From the NCBI GenBank assembly GCA_032718475.1, contig JAUCBJ010002853.1:60724-124723 (forward strand): a DNA stretch of 64,000 bases. Direction: 5' to 3'. The position numbers were made by a program, and so were the translations under genes. Below, one piece after another: positions 60,701 through 64,000 of this stretch; within the stretch, counting starts at the first letter, position 1, and each line of letters starts with the position of its first letter. The DNA comes from Nemertoderma westbladi (taxonomy: Eukaryota > Animalia > Xenacoelomorpha). A model generated the notes under the pieces. It saw only the letters and a list, made by a program, of their open reading frames with translations. It ran no database searches and was not told where the DNA came from.

Positions 60701-63700
60701 ATCGCCAAAATCATTGAAAAAATCGCTTTAGCTTTAAAGATTAACAAAATCCCGCGATTAAACATTGTGGGACAACCCATACAAAACGAGCTGGGTGAAT
60801 TTGGGGTAGCCAGTTACCATCATCAGAAGAATCAAATAGCCATTGATTTAACTAAAATAGAGGATATTTATGACATGGTTGGAAAAATCACCCATGAACT
60901 GATCCATGCCCATCAATACCAACTCCTTGACCGATTTAATAGGGGTGAAATTTCTATCAACTCAGCGGACTACATCACGGTTTTACTACTGAAAGAAAGC
61001 CTTGAAAATCCCCAATTACCTTATGCAAGCAAATTATCTGAACGCTCAGCTCATACCATTGAACACCTAGCCGTTTTGCATCTGGAATCAAAATTAATGC
61101 CTGATCCAGATATTGATGCAAGTATCACAATCCGTTTAGACGCACTCAATGCTATATTTAATACCACTGAACTGCTAGAACTTCTTGCTCAGCCATCGCT
61201 GCCTTTATCAAGTAAAATATTCTTTCATTACCTAGAGACTCAGATCAACAAAACTGACACTGAAATTGAAGTTAGCGAATACCCTCAATTAAAACAAACC
61301 ATCAACACCCTCCCTAAAGACTGGAAGCACTACCTATTCGACCACAAGCCCGAACTGGCCAAAACCTTAGGCTTTGATGAGTCCGAACGATTTATCCGCG
61401 CCAATCAACGTGCCCTAGAACAAAGCTCGCTTGCTATCACCGAGCCTGTCTTGATCCTCACCGAAGCGGGCAAACAACATATCACGAATGCTCCCCTGAC
61501 AGATGGCATCAACTATATCAGTGTTGATATCAATCAGTATTTAAATAACATCAATCAAATCAATACAGAACAACTCAACCAATATTTGATCAGCCATATA
61601 CCAAATGCCAACTTTGATGCAATTGTAAATACCTACCAACAATGGGTACGTATTCACAAGGAACAACGCGAAGATGAGCGTTACGGACTATCCTCATCAT
61701 TACCGTTAGGAAAAGACATGCACCTCTACCTGCAATATCAAAACAATCAACTCTCAGGCCTACTCATTAGCCTGAAACTAATAAACAATAACGTTAACTT
61801 AATCACATTGGTCAGTGACCCTAACAAACAACGACAAGGACTCGCCACACAACTGGTTCAACACGCTAGTGCAGATGTCTTCAACAACCAGCCTGAAATT
61901 AACACCCTCTATGCCGATAAAATCATTCACACCGGGGCCACCCATGCCTTATTAAATAACTATTTTGAACCCTTTTATAATAATACCAATCAGGGGCGCC
62001 TCAATTACATGGGGGGCAATCCGCAACAGCGTACCTACCATGATCTGTACAATTATCTACCGCAAGCGCAAGGCGAAAATCTCCTGGTAAAAGTTGATGA
62101 ACCACAAGGTGCCGAAGCCGGCTTAAGCCCCAATCAAGCCCTAATCAACCAGCTTCAAGACTTGGCTCAAAATGGCCCCAACCTCGCTATTCAGGCTGAA
62201 ATTGAACAAGGGCTGGAAACACAACAATACAGCATGCTTGATATCATAGAGATCATTAATCAGCAACCACTCGGTACGCTTAACAAAAATCAAAGAGAAA
62301 ATCTCAACGCATCGCTGCAAGCGCTGAAAGTAAGCCAAGTATCAGAGCTTGTCACCCAACAAATCGATCAAATCATTGAGGCGCCCCAACAAGCTCTCAT
62401 CAATAAGGCCACCCAACTGATCAAAGCCTTTGGCCAAACCATCAGCAACAACACAGAACAACAAGCCAATGAATTTACTCAAGCCATTGGCCAATACGAT
62501 TGGCATACCATTAATCAGGCCTTTGAGGCAACACAATCAACCCTCAATCAAGCAGAGTCCAGCAAAGTGCTTAAAGCCTTAGAAACCTTCAGCATGCCTG
62601 TTGCACAAAAAGTTAAACTTTTGAGAATACACAGCAATACTTATGGTTTAGGGGGCGCGCCTGGGGACATGGATTTGTCAAATTCGCCTTTTGTAGAGTA
62701 TTTAAGGCAGTTTGCAAATGGTAAAAATGAAGATTCATATTTAAATTGGGTGCCTGAATCTTATGATGTATCGGTAGCTGAAGAACAAATTATTGCCAAT
62801 TCTATTAACGATATTTTAGGTGATACTACTATTAATTTTAGCGATTTAAAAACACGCATGAACGAATCAAATCATGCATTAAGTGATGAAAGGCTTCTAG
62901 CCTCATTATATTTTTCTGGCAATATAGAAAACGTTAGAATAGATCAGCTTTTTGAAAGACCTATAGACCTAATTTCTCTTAATCCAGATTTATCAATTGA
63001 GCAAAGGCAATTTAAAAATGCCTATCTGGCTAGTGTAATAGACCCTCTATTGGAAGGTTTTGATGTTCATTTTATAGAACAATATGCGAGGTTGGTCTCC
63101 AACGGAGTAGAAGGTCATCCAAGTATAGAAGATAGTACCCCTGCTCTAAAATCTTTGATAGAAGATGAAATACGCAAAATAATAAAGGGGATGAGTGAAC
63201 GTTTAGGTGTGCAAAAACCCACAGTAACTTTTGATAGTAACAGTCATACAGGCGAGAGTTCACAAACACTAGCATCTTATCGGCACAACTCCTATCAAAT
63301 TAATTTTACAGACAATTATTTAGACAGGATAATCAGTACCTCCGCAATAGAAGAAAACGATATTTTCAATCAACATCAGTGGCTTACTACGGCTGGGGTG
63401 CTTAGAAAAAAAATGTGTGCAGTAATTGCCCATGAGATGATGCACCTTGCTCAGCATCAATTCATTGACAATATGAAAGGTATACCAGGCTCTAATGCTT
63501 GGGTATTGGCGGGATTATACGCAATGACCCATCAACTGCGGTCTGACGCGACACCAAGCAATGAATTAATAGAAAATATAGCCTATAAAACTGGTTACTT
63601 TGTGGAATATATTTTAGAAGGTAACAAATCTAACGCTGAAAAACCACCAGAAATAGAATTTATTCTAGAAACCTATCAATCGATACTGGGTTCAAGATTT

Positions 63701-64000
63701 GATAGTTTTTTTGCAAAGCATTTTGTCAAACAGTACAAGCCTGACCTAACTATTACATTAGACATGCTGACAAACCAACAAAGCACAATCATCCCAATCA
63801 TAGCAGACAAACCATGGCTTTGGAGTGTTAGGCTAGCAGAAATCAAAACGCATCAAGATAAATTGGATAGTACAAAAAGAGTATTCGTGGATTCCATTAT
63901 CAGTATTTTGCCCATGGTTAGCAGCTTAGTTAAAAATACTGCTTTAACTGACAATGAGTATCAAGCATTTTTACAAGGGATAAAAAATAACCCTAATCAC
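57761..64000 (+). CDS. Giant multidomain protein (at least 2080 aa, runs off window) with three HExxH zincin modules and a GNAT motif
   Basis: GGAGGA SD at 57748, ATG at 57761; hand translation found no stop to 64000; HEMQH 58244, HELIH 60893, HEMMH 63431, QRQGLA 61829. Confidence 0.9.
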   Translation, partial: MLLSEKQILQNIQTKIDTLDKALDESPQGDDNRLSSAQIKLINSLQQDLFYTVDQHSGIFLDGLVNSIRDDVGENQFNSWQDRFNTDKTHNNKLAVAQEMLEEITPSFATSQQQVTMRLSTDTDNLPRTVRMRTQWQGGHCTIIVNRVFDFSTATLFSTIAHEMQHVKLRHLWSVVTNPEETFIRLSDKEKLLGNLAIIFVKHLQAIEQSLPNGAFYYQSIDELLAYNLQTAVGFRIFNSAHAIDYQITKQLGSAFENDNFSAPLTTIFHRANFFRLIETFRRIAAPLSEKSKEYLCNILMRHTDPTDFQYLQAIKIREVIIDLEPPKYLDLPITEDILKHFKALVRSIVPFEFDAFWQENFFMLTLEPPLTFEEHFSTWNKEKQQHLIPAIISISPETNRYLYVNDGQTKHLLDTATQHLTDIFTNSDQTLENFVDEYRKLAPFIEAVRRNPGMSIADNLDSPEFKTALFNVIDFIENANTQNLLTAHIQLQTLIGAIEAYSSGENNVNLEQNKKLAQLKQTLNTIAEPENDSWVRDNYYKIALLQLQFKDLVDALKKNLATPVTLFEPFDPLVEEVQRLINQVEPPFNLAEISLAEISLAEISIEDVAKLRLYQLATKITTHNQWDNQLALMLPQLLVKVEDFDYPINILFQKDGQIQVNSQGEQIYHSIHNPDSNEQIIELVLINPDTNNSRWGVSIEGAVETFPDYPRHTSFYRAVLTACLVYEEYSDEDISDEEISDLRESLSDNIKDNLEGLAPFAVENFDSLKQADIHPDDLVQMMENLALPTILSKIPSAVRLLTQSTAKLLTYSQTRTIAQSSVLSAEYQRITNLLQKNIHILWESINQGPGLSSIINNLNNPDFNSTQTLYQRTVELLQENAMPDSTSAQISTAVLELLNANPDLFNFIPENKRQATIDAFKKDLLVPLALDYQLTQYNHNLLETVQNLFNQTNFLQFVQDGQAALKYQTFINPQQYHSYIAKIIEKIALALKINKIPRLNIVGQPIQNELGEFGVASYHHQKNQIAIDLTKIEDIYDMVGKITHELIHAHQYQLLDRFNRGEISINSADYITVLLLKESLENPQLPYASKLSERSAHTIEHLAVLHLESKLMPDPDIDASITIRLDALNAIFNTTELLELLAQPSLPLSSKIFFHYLETQINKTDTEIEVSEYPQLKQTINTLPKDWKHYLFDHKPELAKTLGFDESERFIRANQRALEQSSLAITEPVLILTEAGKQHITNAPLTDGINYISVDINQYLNNINQINTEQLNQYLISHIPNANFDAIVNTYQQWVRIHKEQREDERYGLSSSLPLGKDMHLYLQYQNNQLSGLLISLKLINNNVNLITLVSDPNKQRQGLATQLVQHASADVFNNQPEINTLYADKIIHTGATHALLNNYFEPFYNNTNQGRLNYMGGNPQQRTYHDLYNYLPQAQGENLLVKVDEPQGAEAGLSPNQALINQLQDLAQNGPNLAIQAEIEQGLETQQYSMLDIIEIINQQPLGTLNKNQRENLNASLQALKVSQVSELVTQQIDQIIEAPQQALINKATQLIKAFGQTISNNTEQQANEFTQAIGQYDWHTINQAFEATQSTLNQAESSKVLKALETFSMPVAQKVKLLRIHSNTYGLGGAPGDMDLSNSPFVEYLRQFANGKNEDSYLNWVPESYDVSVAEEQIIANSINDILGDTTINFSDLKTRMNESNHALSDERLLASLYFSGNIENVRIDQLFERPIDLISLNPDLSIEQRQFKNAYLASVIDPLLEGFDVHFIEQYARLVSNGVEGHPSIEDSTPALKSLIEDEIRKIIKGMSERLGVQKPTVTFDSNSHTGESSQTLASYRHNSYQINFTDNYLDRIISTSAIEENDIFNQHQWLTTAGVLRKKMCAVIAHEMMHLAQHQFIDNMKGIPGSNAWVLAGLYAMTHQLRSDATPSNELIENIAYKTGYFVEYILEGNKSNAEKPPEIEFILETYQSILGSRFDSFFAKHFVKQYKPDLTITLDMLTNQQSTIIPIIADKPWLWSVRLAEIKTHQDKLDSTKRVFVDSIISILPMVSSLVKNTALTDNEYQAFLQGIKNNPNH
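59531..59575 (+). repeat. 15-bp in-frame tandem repeat x3 (LAEIS)
   Basis: ct(t/a)gctgaaatctcc three times. Confidence 0.9.

Noticed and set aside
57985-63275. Short minus-strand ORFs listed in the track
   Set aside because: Antisense shadows of the giant + strand ORF
56518-64000. Tail gene plus giant toxin as a tailocin/eCIS delivery system
   Set aside because: Only one broken tail gene, no sheath, tube or spike, and the giant ORF lies outside the putative element end

Overview
Chromosomal window from a Gammaproteobacteria-like bacterium, probably host-associated; this is inferred from gene content and many decayed accessory genes. Bases 1-47.7 kb are mostly housekeeping: nth, ribD-ribE-ribBA, nnr, nadC, cobU-cobT-cobC-cobS, hemJ, hisS, the tRNA-Leu-tig-clpP-clpX-lon-hupB-tRNA-Val-tRNA-Asp-ppiD block, nagZ-ampG, cysM, rne, metG, apbC, dcd, gltX, polA, a csp gene, thrB, hslV and hemN. 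Interspersed are pseudogenes and a few orphan genes, including a TIR protein and a 1295-aa coiled-coil/FGE-sulfatase protein. Bases 47.9-55.3 kb are a decaying chromosomal integron: a broken intI, a probable attI, six intact or degraded attC sites and about 8-9 cassette genes, one with its own LexA-box promoter. Bases 55.27-57.41 kb look like a 2.1-kb mini-Mu remnant with both transposable-phage-like ends, a DNA adenine methylase and a tail-I pseudogene. From 57761 to the window end is a giant ORF of at least 2080 codons that the ORF track omits because it has no stop. It carries three regularly spaced HExxH zincin modules, a GNAT motif and a possible degenerate permuted OTU-like segment, so it is a candidate undescribed multi-effector toxin. 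All calls come from reading motifs by eye; no database searches were run.
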